The notes beneath the pieces were generated by a model. The model was not told where the DNA came from and ran no database searches. It worked only from the letters and a program-made list of their open reading frames with translations. This document shows, piece by piece, positions 18,622 through 28,079 of a stretch of DNA of 64,000 bases. Made by a program: the position numbers and the translations under genes. Every line of letters begins with the position of its first letter. Positions within the stretch are counted from its first letter, which is position 1. The stretch is taken from IMG/VR virus record IMGVR_UViG_3300042473_001540, positions 124,001 through 188,000 of that record. One strand, 5' to 3'.

Positions 18622-21502
18622 CCTATTGAACAAGCCTACCAGTAGCGTAGCTGAGCTGGCTAAAAAATACAAAGTGTCAACAGACTCTGTGGAGAAACAG
18701 CTGGCACAGGGCATCAAAGTGGAGATGGAACACACCCGGTTGCGGAGTGTGGCGCGAGAAATAGCCTTGGATCACTTGGGTGAGGATCTTAACTATTACA
18801 AGAAATTGAGCAAACTTGAGAAAAAGCCTGCTCAAGAAGCTCTTCTGATAGAGCTGTTTGCCCTGCTAAATGAAGTAAAAATCGACAATGTGAGTGGCAT
18901 TGGGGAAGTGCCTGACAATAAGAATGTGGATTATCTTGGCTTGAGAGTCGCGATGAAGCCCAGTGTATTTTTGAAATTGGCTAGCCCTTTGTCAAGAGAA
19001 CATGCTGGGAGTGTGGATTATATCAAACAGCAACTAGATCAAGGGCAGGGAATGGCCAGTCCTTGGCTGGTCTTAGACATACCAATAGAATGGGAAAAAG
19101 GTCGTTATAATAAATCCGCAAGAGTAATTGGGCACGAAGGCCGCAACAGAATGTATGCGGTCCTAGAAACTGAAGGCGATGCACCTGTTGAAACTCATTT
19201 GTTTTTTGTCGGTGGATTGCGTGCTAGGCACATCAAACCTGAATGGATTGAAGCACTCAACCTGCGTCTTGTACCACAGAGAGCAAACACTAGTGTATCT
19301 GGCCCGTTTTTTGAACTGCTGTTAAAGACTCAAAAAAGTCTCTCAGAAGAAAATGAAAACAAAAGAGACACATACCGTGTAACCTGGAGAGGTAGATTGG
19401 GCGAATATGATCCCAATTATTTTGACATCAAAAGTGACCCACTTGAAGACGATGATGGCAAAGTCATCGCCGTAAAAGATCAGCTTGTTCCCAAATCTCA
19501 TTTGCGTGCCAATTTAAACATAACTCCAAATCCCAACCTAGTGTATAGGGGCATGAGTAATCATGAATTTCAAAATATCAAAAAAACAGGAGTGATACAA
19601 AGCAAAGGCGAGTATAACTTGGCTGGGCAACAGGGCTTAACCTATTTTTCAACTGAACCCAGGTCAGCTGAAACTTATGCTCATAGTTTTGCACCATGGA
19701 ATCAAAAAGCCAACTGGGACAATCCAGCATGGGTAATTGCAGTGCCCAAACCTGATGAATCAAAAATTGTGCATGTGCAAGGCACAGGATCACATGAAGT
19801 GGGAGTCAAAGGCTCTATACCAGCGAATCAAATAAGGGAGATATACCGAGGAAAGGTTGTAGAATACGATCCTGGTGTGCACAACCAAGTTGCACCATCA
19901 GCATGGCTGCATTGGGAGAAAATGCCTGTTGATACATTGTTAACAGAGCGCAAAGGTGCGCCTGGCACTCTCAAATCCAAAATCACCAGACTGTATGGCG
20001 GAGGTGTCACATGTGACAAAACACAAAAACTCAAAACACGCCAGGGTGCTACAACTCTAGACAAACGCCAAGCCAACTGGTTTCAAAACAAACATTGCGG
20101 CGGAGCAACTAGAGTTGATGAAATCATAAGTGGTGAGCATATTCCAGGCGATTGGAAAAAATATGGAAGCGGCGACGCAGAAATGTTTGAAACAGAGTTT
20201 GATCTTCAAGGATATAAGATCACAATAAGTGTGAGTCGGGATTGGGCCCAATCTGGTGCCTATGTGTTGATGAAGAAAAACATAGAGGCTGGAGCAAACC
20301 TGGTTGGCAGAGAAATAATATTCAGGGTAGATGGCGAAACTGATCCAACAGGCTTACTAGGCACAGGTGCAGCGAATGTAATTTCAATTGTTGTAGGAAA
20401 AATCATAGGACTACTACAAAATATAGAATGGGACTATTTGGTCTTCGCAGGTGCTGGGGACAGTAGACAAAGAGTATATACTAAAATATTGAGTCAGATA
20501 TCTCCAGGACTTGATTCAGAGCCAATGCAATTTGGAGATTGGTTCCTGCTGATCAAAAACCATTTGTTGGCAGCAAAATCTCAAGAGCTGGATGAAGTTT
20601 TTAAAGGCAAGCCACTTCCTGGAGATTGGCAATCAATAAAGGGCGGTTCAACCCACTACACTGAATTTGAATTTGCTGGCAGTGAAGTGCAAATAGCAGT
20701 CGTAAAAGACGCTTCTTATGAGCTTCAAACTATCTTGCAAAAGCAAGTGCCAGAAAACTGGGTTGGATATGAAGTGTCCTTCTCTGTAGATCACAGCATC
20801 TCTGTAACAGGTATGTTTGACCAAAAAAGTGCCCAATTATTTGATTTGATTATACGAAAACTCAAATGGTTTTTCCAGACCCACAGCTGGGACTACATCA
20901 ACTTCAGTGGGGATGAGCGCAGCCGCAACAAGCTCTATCTCCGGCTGGCAAAACAGTTGGCACCTGCTGATAGCACAGTGTTGCACACTAACAAAAGCTT
21001 TGCAATTGTCAAGCAGGACAAGCTTGCATCATTCACTAACTTGGACGAAAGTTTAAGTTACAAAGGTTTGCGTCCTGGAGCAAATATTTGGTATGAGCCT
21101 GGCATGCAATATTCCCAATATAATTTATATCCAGGCAAAAGTATTGTGGGCCAGCGAGTATACCATATGACCAATAAGCTTACAAGTATAATAAAGTCAG
21201 GCGGACTGAAACCAAAATATGATGAGACTGGTGCTAGAGAATTTGGCCGATATAGCACTGTGGAATATCCTTTCACTCCAGTTATTGCTATATTTTTTGA
21301 TGTTGGTGAGCATGATTGGTTTGGCAAATACATCTTAAGTTGGGAAATAACACCTGAGGATAAAACTGCACGAGCATATATGCCAGTAGATACCATGCAG
21401 CCTTCAGATAGAGATAATTTGCTGCCCAATTGTCAGGTAACACCTGTAAGTATTGATAGGATTACTATCACAGATCTCAAAGGAAACCTTATAAAAGTAT
21501 GA
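18608..21502 (+). CDS. mosaic multidomain protein/polyprotein (EMEH/DH helical module, ParB-like, 2 ART-like, 2 SR-x-x-L/V-Y modules)
   Basis: GIKVEMEH..IALDHLGE, GHEGRNR, VYRGMS..YFST..HEV, VYHMT..GLKP; modules bounded by LxE. Confidence 0.78.
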   Translation: MKLNDLLNKPTSSVAELAKKYKVSTDSVEKQLAQGIKVEMEHTRLRSVAREIALDHLGEDLNYYKKLSKLEKKPAQEALLIELFALLNEVKIDNVSGIGEVPDNKNVDYLGLRVAMKPSVFLKLASPLSREHAGSVDYIKQQLDQGQGMASPWLVLDIPIEWEKGRYNKSARVIGHEGRNRMYAVLETEGDAPVETHLFFVGGLRARHIKPEWIEALNLRLVPQRANTSVSGPFFELLLKTQKSLSEENENKRDTYRVTWRGRLGEYDPNYFDIKSDPLEDDDGKVIAVKDQLVPKSHLRANLNITPNPNLVYRGMSNHEFQNIKKTGVIQSKGEYNLAGQQGLTYFSTEPRSAETYAHSFAPWNQKANWDNPAWVIAVPKPDESKIVHVQGTGSHEVGVKGSIPANQIREIYRGKVVEYDPGVHNQVAPSAWLHWEKMPVDTLLTERKGAPGTLKSKITRLYGGGVTCDKTQKLKTRQGATTLDKRQANWFQNKHCGGATRVDEIISGEHIPGDWKKYGSGDAEMFETEFDLQGYKITISVSRDWAQSGAYVLMKKNIEAGANLVGREIIFRVDGETDPTGLLGTGAANVISIVVGKIIGLLQNIEWDYLVFAGAGDSRQRVYTKILSQISPGLDSEPMQFGDWFLLIKNHLLAAKSQELDEVFKGKPLPGDWQSIKGGSTHYTEFEFAGSEVQIAVVKDASYELQTILQKQVPENWVGYEVSFSVDHSISVTGMFDQKSAQLFDLIIRKLKWFFQTHSWDYINFSGDERSRNKLYLRLAKQLAPADSTVLHTNKSFAIVKQDKLASFTNLDESLSYKGLRPGANIWYEPGMQYSQYNLYPGKSIVGQRVYHMTNKLTSIIKSGGLKPKYDETGAREFGRYSTVEYPFTPVIAIFFDVGEHDWFGKYILSWEITPEDKTARAYMPVDTMQPSDRDNLLPNCQVTPVSIDRITITDLKGNLIKV

Positions 21503-22614
21503 GAATTTACCATTTAGTGCCCTTAAAGAAGTTGCTAGAAGCTTATCAGCCATTGACAACCAAATGGCAACAAGACAATGTGGGCTCAGTTTCAAGATAT
21601 ATTACAAGCTTTGAGTATGATGACCATTTAGTCGAACAAAGACTTACTCAAGATAAAAATCAAAAAGACTTACAGGATGCATTGGCTGCCAGTGATTTAG
21701 AGCCCAATCCACAAGCCAAGGGCTATGTTTGGTTATGGACAGTGGATGGGGAAATAGAACAAACTGGCACAATGGGCCTTAAGGCCATACCCTTGTGGAA
21801 AGAATTGGTGCGACGCCTCTTTGGTTGGCTTGGATCTCATGAATGGGACTACTTGACTTTTATTGGTGGACGCGGCAGCAGGAACAAGCTCTATAGCGCA
21901 TTGGGTCAAATGTTGGCGCAGAGAGCTGGTGCCAAAGTATATTTTGATTTTGACACAAGTGACTTTGTTGTATATAAGCCCAGTGCAATAGTTCAACCAA
22001 AATTGCAAGAGGCTTTTGATTACCAACTTCCCCGGGATAAATGGAAGATAAAAACAGAAGGCGACAGCTATATTGATTTTTTGTTTGAAATTGATGGCAA
22101 CGAATACGAGCTTCGAATGTCTCGATTGCAAGAGCCTCAGAAGAGGGGTATTTACGAGGTGGAATTTAGGCACACAGAGTATGGCATGGACATAAGTGGC
22201 ACAGGTTCAGCCTTTAAAGTCTTCAGTGCTGTGTTTCAACTTCTCAAGTATGCTATTGATCATCAAAAAACCTTACCTGTAAATGGACTTTGGTTCCAGG
22301 CTTGGGCCCCGAGCAGGAAAAAGCGTTATAAGAGTATGGCACCAAAATTAGCAAGACATCTGGGTTGGACTTGGGTAACCAAGCAAGAGAGTTTTCCCTA
22401 CTCTCTCTCGCCAGGAACAGATGGCTACTTGATTCTCAAACCCAGTCTTGGCGAAACAGCTGGTGTGGGCAAGATAGTTAAAGGTGTGAACACTACCACC
22501 GATGTGGGACCTGATGCTGTTCAAAAACAAGCCCGGAAATTTCTCAACAAAGTCACAGCAGGAGGAGTTCCTCCTCAAACTCAAAGCAATGGCAAATTTC
22601 CCTCGGTTAAATAA
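21499..22614 (+). CDS. mosaic protein with two SR-x-x-x-Y modules and a C-terminal peptide module
   Basis: SRNKLY and SRKKRY modules paralogous to those upstream; LLE, LQE, LGE boundaries. Confidence 0.75.
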   Translation: MRIYHLVPLKKLLEAYQPLTTKWQQDNVGSVSRYITSFEYDDHLVEQRLTQDKNQKDLQDALAASDLEPNPQAKGYVWLWTVDGEIEQTGTMGLKAIPLWKELVRRLFGWLGSHEWDYLTFIGGRGSRNKLYSALGQMLAQRAGAKVYFDFDTSDFVVYKPSAIVQPKLQEAFDYQLPRDKWKIKTEGDSYIDFLFEIDGNEYELRMSRLQEPQKRGIYEVEFRHTEYGMDISGTGSAFKVFSAVFQLLKYAIDHQKTLPVNGLWFQAWAPSRKKRYKSMAPKLARHLGWTWVTKQESFPYSLSPGTDGYLILKPSLGETAGVGKIVKGVNTTTDVGPDAVQKQARKFLNKVTAGGVPPQTQSNGKFPSVK

Positions 22615-22620
22615 GCTGAA

Positions 22621-23616
22621 ATGGCAACTTTGTATAGTTTTGGTATGGATCCCACACGGTGGTACAGCAGGGCATTATATGCCTTCTCTACCAATGAATT
22701 AGGCTGGACTACAGGCAATAGTCCAGTCAATGGACTGGGCAGCATACAATCCATGGCGTATGGAAACAATACGTGGGTTGGTGCTACAAATTTTGGAGAC
22801 TTCACAGTAAGTGGTGATGGTGTAAATTGGTATTCCTACACTCCTGAAAACAAAAGTTGGCTTGTTAACAAAATCACATGGGGACAAGGATTGTTCACAG
22901 TTGTGGGACATGAAAAAAACTTCAGTAACCTTGCAGAAACTGGATTTGTCGCAGTGTCTGGAAATGGTGGTCCAGCAACTTGGGTCAGAAAATTTGTCAG
23001 TTATCAAGAACCCATGACTTTGTTTGATATCAAACACTTGGGCCTAGGAAAATGGATTGCTGTGGGCTGCACAAATCATCTGCGACAGCCTGTGGTAATC
23101 TATAGTGAAGACAACACTGACTCTTGGACAAGAATACTACTTCCAGATATTATCCCTGGCGGTATTTACAGTATTGAAGCCCACGTAGGAAGTAGTGTAA
23201 AAGTTTGGCTGGGCGGCAAAGGCTGGATAGCCTATACCAACGATTTTCAAACCACAAGCACAGAATGGACATTGTTTGATAATTTAAAAGATCAAGGCAA
23301 ATCCAAACCATTTACGCGGTTATTATACCGATCCACACTGGGCAAAGAAGCTATTGTTGCACTGTCAGGATCTACAGTTTGGTTCAACGACACAGCTTTG
23401 AATTGGCGGAGCACTACACAAGAGGGCTATAGATTCCAGGACGTAGCTAATTTCCAAAACCCCTTAACAAGCCAAGAGTCATTTAACTTTTCTGTTGGAG
23501 GCATGTTGAACCAGTACACTGGATTCAAAACTCCTTGGCAAGCCCAGAGCACACAAGAATTCTCCCTCATTGGATATAACAATGGAGTCCAAGCCAGCAG
23601 CCTTATTGTTGTTTGA
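22621..23616 (+). CDS. BNR/beta-propeller-like repeat protein, probably structural
   Basis: Repeats like AYGNNTWV..SGDGVNW, YSEDNTDSW; TTAAATA at 22607-22613. Confidence 0.6.
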   Translation: MATLYSFGMDPTRWYSRALYAFSTNELGWTTGNSPVNGLGSIQSMAYGNNTWVGATNFGDFTVSGDGVNWYSYTPENKSWLVNKITWGQGLFTVVGHEKNFSNLAETGFVAVSGNGGPATWVRKFVSYQEPMTLFDIKHLGLGKWIAVGCTNHLRQPVVIYSEDNTDSWTRILLPDIIPGGIYSIEAHVGSSVKVWLGGKGWIAYTNDFQTTSTEWTLFDNLKDQGKSKPFTRLLYRSTLGKEAIVALSGSTVWFNDTALNWRSTTQEGYRFQDVANFQNPLTSQESFNFSVGGMLNQYTGFKTPWQAQSTQEFSLIGYNNGVQASSLIVV

Positions 23617-23672
23617 CACATGTGCTGTCTGCCACACAATCATGGCATACAACAAACGTGGAGCAAAAGTAG

Positions 23673-23948
23673 ATGGGTATCGGCACTCTAGGACCAAATG
23701 ATCGCTCAAAGATTATGGCCCTTGTGAATTCAGGTATTGATGTGTTGCGCGAGATTGCTACCCTCAAAGAGGGACTAAAAGACCAAGTGGGATCAGTAAG
23801 TGAGGAACTGGATATTGACAAAAAGATCCTAAACATGGCTATCCGAACCGCCTACAAGATGAGCCAGCAGAATCAAGACACTTTGAACGATCTTCAAACA
23901 CAGCTGGACAGTGTTGAAGAAGTGCTAAAAGCAGCAGGTGTTTCCTAA
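23673..23948 (+). CDS. small helical dsDNA-binding protein (T4 DsbA/GapR-like)
   Basis: 91-aa coiled pattern EIATLKEGLKD...EELDIDKKILN.AIR.AYK, upstream of the polymerase. Confidence 0.55.
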   Translation: MGIGTLGPNDRSKIMALVNSGIDVLREIATLKEGLKDQVGSVSEELDIDKKILNMAIRTAYKMSQQNQDTLNDLQTQLDSVEEVLKAAGVS

Positions 23949-24228
23949 GGCTGCACTCAAAGCAAGGATACATTTTTATAGATCTTTGACTCAAAGATCT
24001 AAATGGATTGTAATGTTTTTTTTGGAGATTTTAGGTACAGCCAGCATACTGCTGGCTGTCGCCGTTTAAGCCTTTCAAATATTACCTTTGAGCACATTGT
24101 ATTTGTTTTGGTTGTTTGGCAGTGTAGCCTTGACCATCAGCAGTATTTTGCGTAAGAATCTATTACTCGCTGTAATGATGTTGTTTTATACAGGGTTGAA
24201 TTTATATGGATTATGGAGTTTTGGATGA
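23938..24228 (+). pseudogene. small 3-TM membrane protein gene interrupted by one in-frame TAA (24067-24069)
   Basis: Frame reads ...MFFLEILGTASILLAVAV*AFQILPLSTLYLFWLFGS...LNLYGLWSFG*; final TGA overlaps the polymerase ATG (ATGA). Confidence 0.7.
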
Positions 24229-26981
24229 CGTATGTTGATGCTATTTTGGAGAAAGACAAACACTGTATTCAAGTTGTGGAGCGTGTAAACCACAAACGAG
24301 TCTACAACACATATCCCAGCAAATACGTAATGTATTTTCCCAGTGAGCGTGGAAAATACACTAGCATTTATGGTGAACGGCTGGATAAATTTGAAACCAA
24401 TCGTTGGGAAGAGTTTCAAAGAGAGTGTCGCTTGGTTCCAAAAACACAACAATATGAAAGTGATAGCAATCCCATTTTCCGTTGTTTTTATGAACATTAC
24501 AAAAATACAGCAAGTCCACAGTTGCATGTGGCGTTTTTTGACTTGGAAACTGATTTTGATCCTGATCGGGGCTTCTCGTCAACTGACGAGGCGTTCAATC
24601 CCATTACAGCAGTATCTGTATATTTGAGTTGGCTGGGCAAAAACTTTACTCTTGTCCTCAAACCCAAAACACTCACAGTAGAGCAAGCATCAGCAGTTGT
24701 GGACAAATTTGAAGACACTGTGCTGTGTAGCAATGAAACTGAGCTATTGGATGTGTTTCTCACCCTCATTGAGGATGCAGATGTTCTCACAGGTTGGAAT
24801 TCAGAGGGTTATGATATTCCCTATTTGCACAATCGTATCATTCAAATTTTGAGTAAGGAGCACACTAAAAGGCTGTGTCTCTGGAACAAATTTCCCAAGA
24901 AAAGGGAGTATGAAAGCTATGGCAAGCCCACTATTACTTTTGATCTAGTGGGCAGAGTCCATCTTGACTATCTGCAACTGTACCGCAAGCATACCTATCA
25001 CGAGATGCACAGTTATCGACTGGACTTTGTGGGCGAGTATGAAGTGGGCGACAAGAAGATAGCTTACGAAGGCAGCTTGGACAAGCTCTATAACGAAGAC
25101 TTTGAAAAGTTCATTGCCTATAACAGGCAAGACGTTATGCTGTTGGTGAAAATTGATCGCAAGCTGAAATTCATTGATCTAAGCAATGATCTAGCACACA
25201 CAAACGGAGTGTTGATCCAAACAACAATGGGGTCAGTACAGCTTATTGACAATGCCATTACTAACGAAGCACATGATCTTGGCTTATGTGTTCCTACTCG
25301 ACGTAGAGACAATCCTGAAATCATGAAAGACGATCAGGGTGAAGACATTGAGCCCAATGGTATTGCTGGTGCATATGTGGCTGACCCAGTTGAAGGCATG
25401 CACAAATGGATTGGCGGTGTAGACATCAACAGTCTATATCCCAGTGCTATTCGAAGTTTGAACATGAGCAAGGAAACAGTAGTGGGGCAAATCCGCCCTG
25501 TGGGTAATGATCGTTTGATTCAACACAGGATGCAAAAGGAAAAACGCACTTTTGCTGACAGTTGGAACGAGATGTTTGGCATTATTGAGTATAACCAAGT
25601 GATGAATAGGGAAATGGTTATGCTGACTGTGGACTTTGAAGACGGCACCACTGTGGAACTCAGTGCTGACGAACTGTATCAATGGATTTTTGAAAATCCC
25701 AAAAAGCAAATGACGCTCAGTGCCAATGGCACTATTTTTGATCTCAACAAGGAAGGTGTGGTACCAGGCTTGCTGGCCCGCTGGTATGGTGAGAGAAAGG
25801 AGTTGCAGGCAGAAGCCAAAGCATGTTTCAAAAAAGCTGATGAAGAACCTAATCCCTCTAAGAAGAGTGAGTATCAAGAAAAAGCTGATTTTTATGACAG
25901 AAGGCAGTTGATTAAGAAAATTTTGCTAAATTCACTTTATGGAGCTATCGGAAATTCTAGCTCATCGTGGTTTGACAACCGTATTGCACAAAGTACTACT
26001 TTAACAGGTAGATGTATCGTCAAACACATGGGTAGTAAGATCAATGAGGTAATATCAGGGAAATATCACTACAAAGGTGATGCTGTCATATATGGCGACA
26101 CCGACAGCATTTATTTTAGCGCATATCCAGTAATGAGCCAGCTTGAAGACTTCAAAAGCTTTGATTGGAGTCGTGAAGCAGTGGTGCAACTGTATGATCA
26201 AGTTGCAGACATCACTAACCAAAGCTTTCCTGGATTTATGAAACAGGCATTCAATGTACCTGAATCCAGGAGTGTGATCAAAGCTGGCCGTGAACTAGTA
26301 GCAAGCCATGGATTGTTCATTACCAAAAAACGGTATGCTGTGATGATCTACGACAAAGAAGGCAAGCGAAAGGATGTAGATGGCAAGCCAGGTGAGATCA
26401 AAGTTATGGGGCTTGATCTCAAGAGAAGTGATACACCAAAACCAGTCCAGGACTTCTTGAGTGAGATTTTAACTTTGGTTTTGACTGAGGTTGACAAAGA
26501 CAGCATTTTCACGCGCATCAAGGAGTTCCGCACAGAGTTCAGCCAATGGCCCAGCTGGGCAAAAGGCAGCCCCAAAAGGGTGAATAACCTTACTCAATAT
26601 GGCATGATTAAGAAAGCTCAGGAAAGCGTTGACCTCAACAAAGACACTGGGAAAAGAAAAACTATTCCGGGCCATGTCCTTGCGAGCCTAAACTGGAACC
26701 TATTGTGTGAGATCTACAACGATTATGGATCAATGCGAATTCAAGACGGGCAAAAGGTGATTGTCTGTAAGCTGAGATCAAACCCTTTGGGTATGACATC
26801 TGTTGCATACCCTGTAGATCAACTGTATCTTCCTGATTGGTTCAAGTCTATGCCTTTTGACAACGCTCTTATGGAGGCCACAATTTTGGACAAGAAACTG
26901 GAAAACTTGTTGGGTGTATTGCACTGGAATCTTGAAGATGCCAAAAACAACGAAACTTTTGACAGCATGTTTAGTTTTTGA
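24225..26981 (+). CDS. family B DNA polymerase (T4 gp43-like)
   Basis: ExoI FFDLET, ExoII GWNSEGYD, ExoIII YNRQDV; DINSLYPS, KILLNSLYG, YGDTDS, KKRY. Confidence 0.97.
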   Translation: MTYVDAILEKDKHCIQVVERVNHKRVYNTYPSKYVMYFPSERGKYTSIYGERLDKFETNRWEEFQRECRLVPKTQQYESDSNPIFRCFYEHYKNTASPQLHVAFFDLETDFDPDRGFSSTDEAFNPITAVSVYLSWLGKNFTLVLKPKTLTVEQASAVVDKFEDTVLCSNETELLDVFLTLIEDADVLTGWNSEGYDIPYLHNRIIQILSKEHTKRLCLWNKFPKKREYESYGKPTITFDLVGRVHLDYLQLYRKHTYHEMHSYRLDFVGEYEVGDKKIAYEGSLDKLYNEDFEKFIAYNRQDVMLLVKIDRKLKFIDLSNDLAHTNGVLIQTTMGSVQLIDNAITNEAHDLGLCVPTRRRDNPEIMKDDQGEDIEPNGIAGAYVADPVEGMHKWIGGVDINSLYPSAIRSLNMSKETVVGQIRPVGNDRLIQHRMQKEKRTFADSWNEMFGIIEYNQVMNREMVMLTVDFEDGTTVELSADELYQWIFENPKKQMTLSANGTIFDLNKEGVVPGLLARWYGERKELQAEAKACFKKADEEPNPSKKSEYQEKADFYDRRQLIKKILLNSLYGAIGNSSSSWFDNRIAQSTTLTGRCIVKHMGSKINEVISGKYHYKGDAVIYGDTDSIYFSAYPVMSQLEDFKSFDWSREAVVQLYDQVADITNQSFPGFMKQAFNVPESRSVIKAGRELVASHGLFITKKRYAVMIYDKEGKRKDVDGKPGEIKVMGLDLKRSDTPKPVQDFLSEILTLVLTEVDKDSIFTRIKEFRTEFSQWPSWAKGSPKRVNNLTQYGMIKKAQESVDLNKDTGKRKTIPGHVLASLNWNLLCEIYNDYGSMRIQDGQKVIVCKLRSNPLGMTSVAYPVDQLYLPDWFKSMPFDNALMEATILDKKLENLLGVLHWNLEDAKNNETFDSMFSF

Positions 26982-27044
26982 AAGGTTGACAACGGAGCTA
27001 TATGTCAAGTAGATTTGACAAAAGTCAACCTTAAGGAATAATTC

Positions 27045-27419
27045 ATGAATATTTTTTCTGCCTTATACGAACGCATACGACGGATGTTTGGGCCTGATCA
27101 AACACCAGTTTCAACTACTCTTGCACCCAGGACAGAACCAATCCAGCCAATAGTTGTGACACCCGCTGGAAATCCTGTGCCACCCAGCTCAGAGAAGGCA
27201 GCCCTTGTAATTGAAAAAGGTGCATACCAACCAATCACGTCTAGTCCAACAGATCCACCAGTGTTGCAGCAACCTGCCCCTGTAATTACTGCCAAACAAG
27301 AGCCATCACAGGAACCTCCCCCAGCTAAAACAGGGAAAAAGCCAAAAGCTACAACAGCCCTTAAGGAACCCAAGGCGCCTAGTCAACGCAAGGCACCAGC
27401 CAAAAAGAAAACTAATTAG
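27045..27419 (+). CDS. Pro/Lys-rich low-complexity hypothetical protein
   Basis: 124-aa ORF, AAGGA SD, basic tail. Confidence 0.65.
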   Translation: MNIFSALYERIRRMFGPDQTPVSTTLAPRTEPIQPIVVTPAGNPVPPSSEKAALVIEKGAYQPITSSPTDPPVLQQPAPVITAKQEPSQEPPPAKTGKKPKATTALKEPKAPSQRKAPAKKKTN

Positions 27420-27428
27420 CCAATTCTA

Positions 27429-28061
27429 GTGAGCCCTCTCTTTGGAACCTCTCTTGAAGAGAGGGCTCAACTCTTACGGTATAAGTCCTACCCTCCAACT
27501 TCACCGGCTTCTTGGAACTCACCAACAAGCACCCCCACTAGCACCTTAGTGTTCGTTACTGGCCATGTGTGTCTAGATTCAGTAGTGGACGACTTTCATG
27601 AAGTCGACAGCATAATTGAAGCTGAAGATTTGCTGTTTTCACAAGCAAACACTGTGGTGGAAAAATACGATGGATTGCCATTTGCACTCCGTAGACAGTC
27701 AACCTTATTAGGGCATCAAAATCGTCGAGGCTGTGGTAATCTCATTTTCACAACTCCGGAGATACGTGCCCAAATACCAGACAATCAACTGTATATTGAT
27801 GACAGCAATTCCTGTAAACAAGTGGGCTGTTGGTACTCAGCAGGCGTGTTGCGCAAATTTGACAAACAAGGCAGTCAAATATTTGTTAGTGATCGGGTAC
27901 CCGAGCACACTGCCTATGTGGCATACAAAGGTTCAAGTGATTTAGACAGCGTTGCACTCCTGTTCAAAAAAGAAGATCAAATGCGACTGTGGTGTCCCTT
28001 AAGAGTTGACATACCCGTGAGCATCGCTCACTATATTACAAAGGTTGTGTTTGACAACTGA
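27429..28061 (+). CDS. truncated paralog of T4 gp23-type major capsid protein (C-terminal part only)
   Basis: VEKYDGL.F...NRRGCGNLIF, AGVL, IFVS...YVAYKGSSDLDS follow the order of gp23 C-terminal motifs. Confidence 0.6.
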   Translation: MSPLFGTSLEERAQLLRYKSYPPTSPASWNSPTSTPTSTLVFVTGHVCLDSVVDDFHEVDSIIEAEDLLFSQANTVVEKYDGLPFALRRQSTLLGHQNRRGCGNLIFTTPEIRAQIPDNQLYIDDSNSCKQVGCWYSAGVLRKFDKQGSQIFVSDRVPEHTAYVAYKGSSDLDSVALLFKKEDQMRLWCPLRVDIPVSIAHYITKVVFDN

Positions 28062-28079
28062 CTCAATTGTGGAAAAATT

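Noticed and set aside
23938-24228. Stop-codon reassignment suggested by the in-frame TAA
   Set aside because: TAA, TAG and TGA all end well-recognised genes and long genes are intact under the standard code, so this is an isolated lesion.
24225-26981. Intein or intron in the DNA polymerase
   Set aside because: All PolB motifs lie in one ~920-aa frame; the insert after motif A is short and shows no intein splice or LAGLIDADG motifs.
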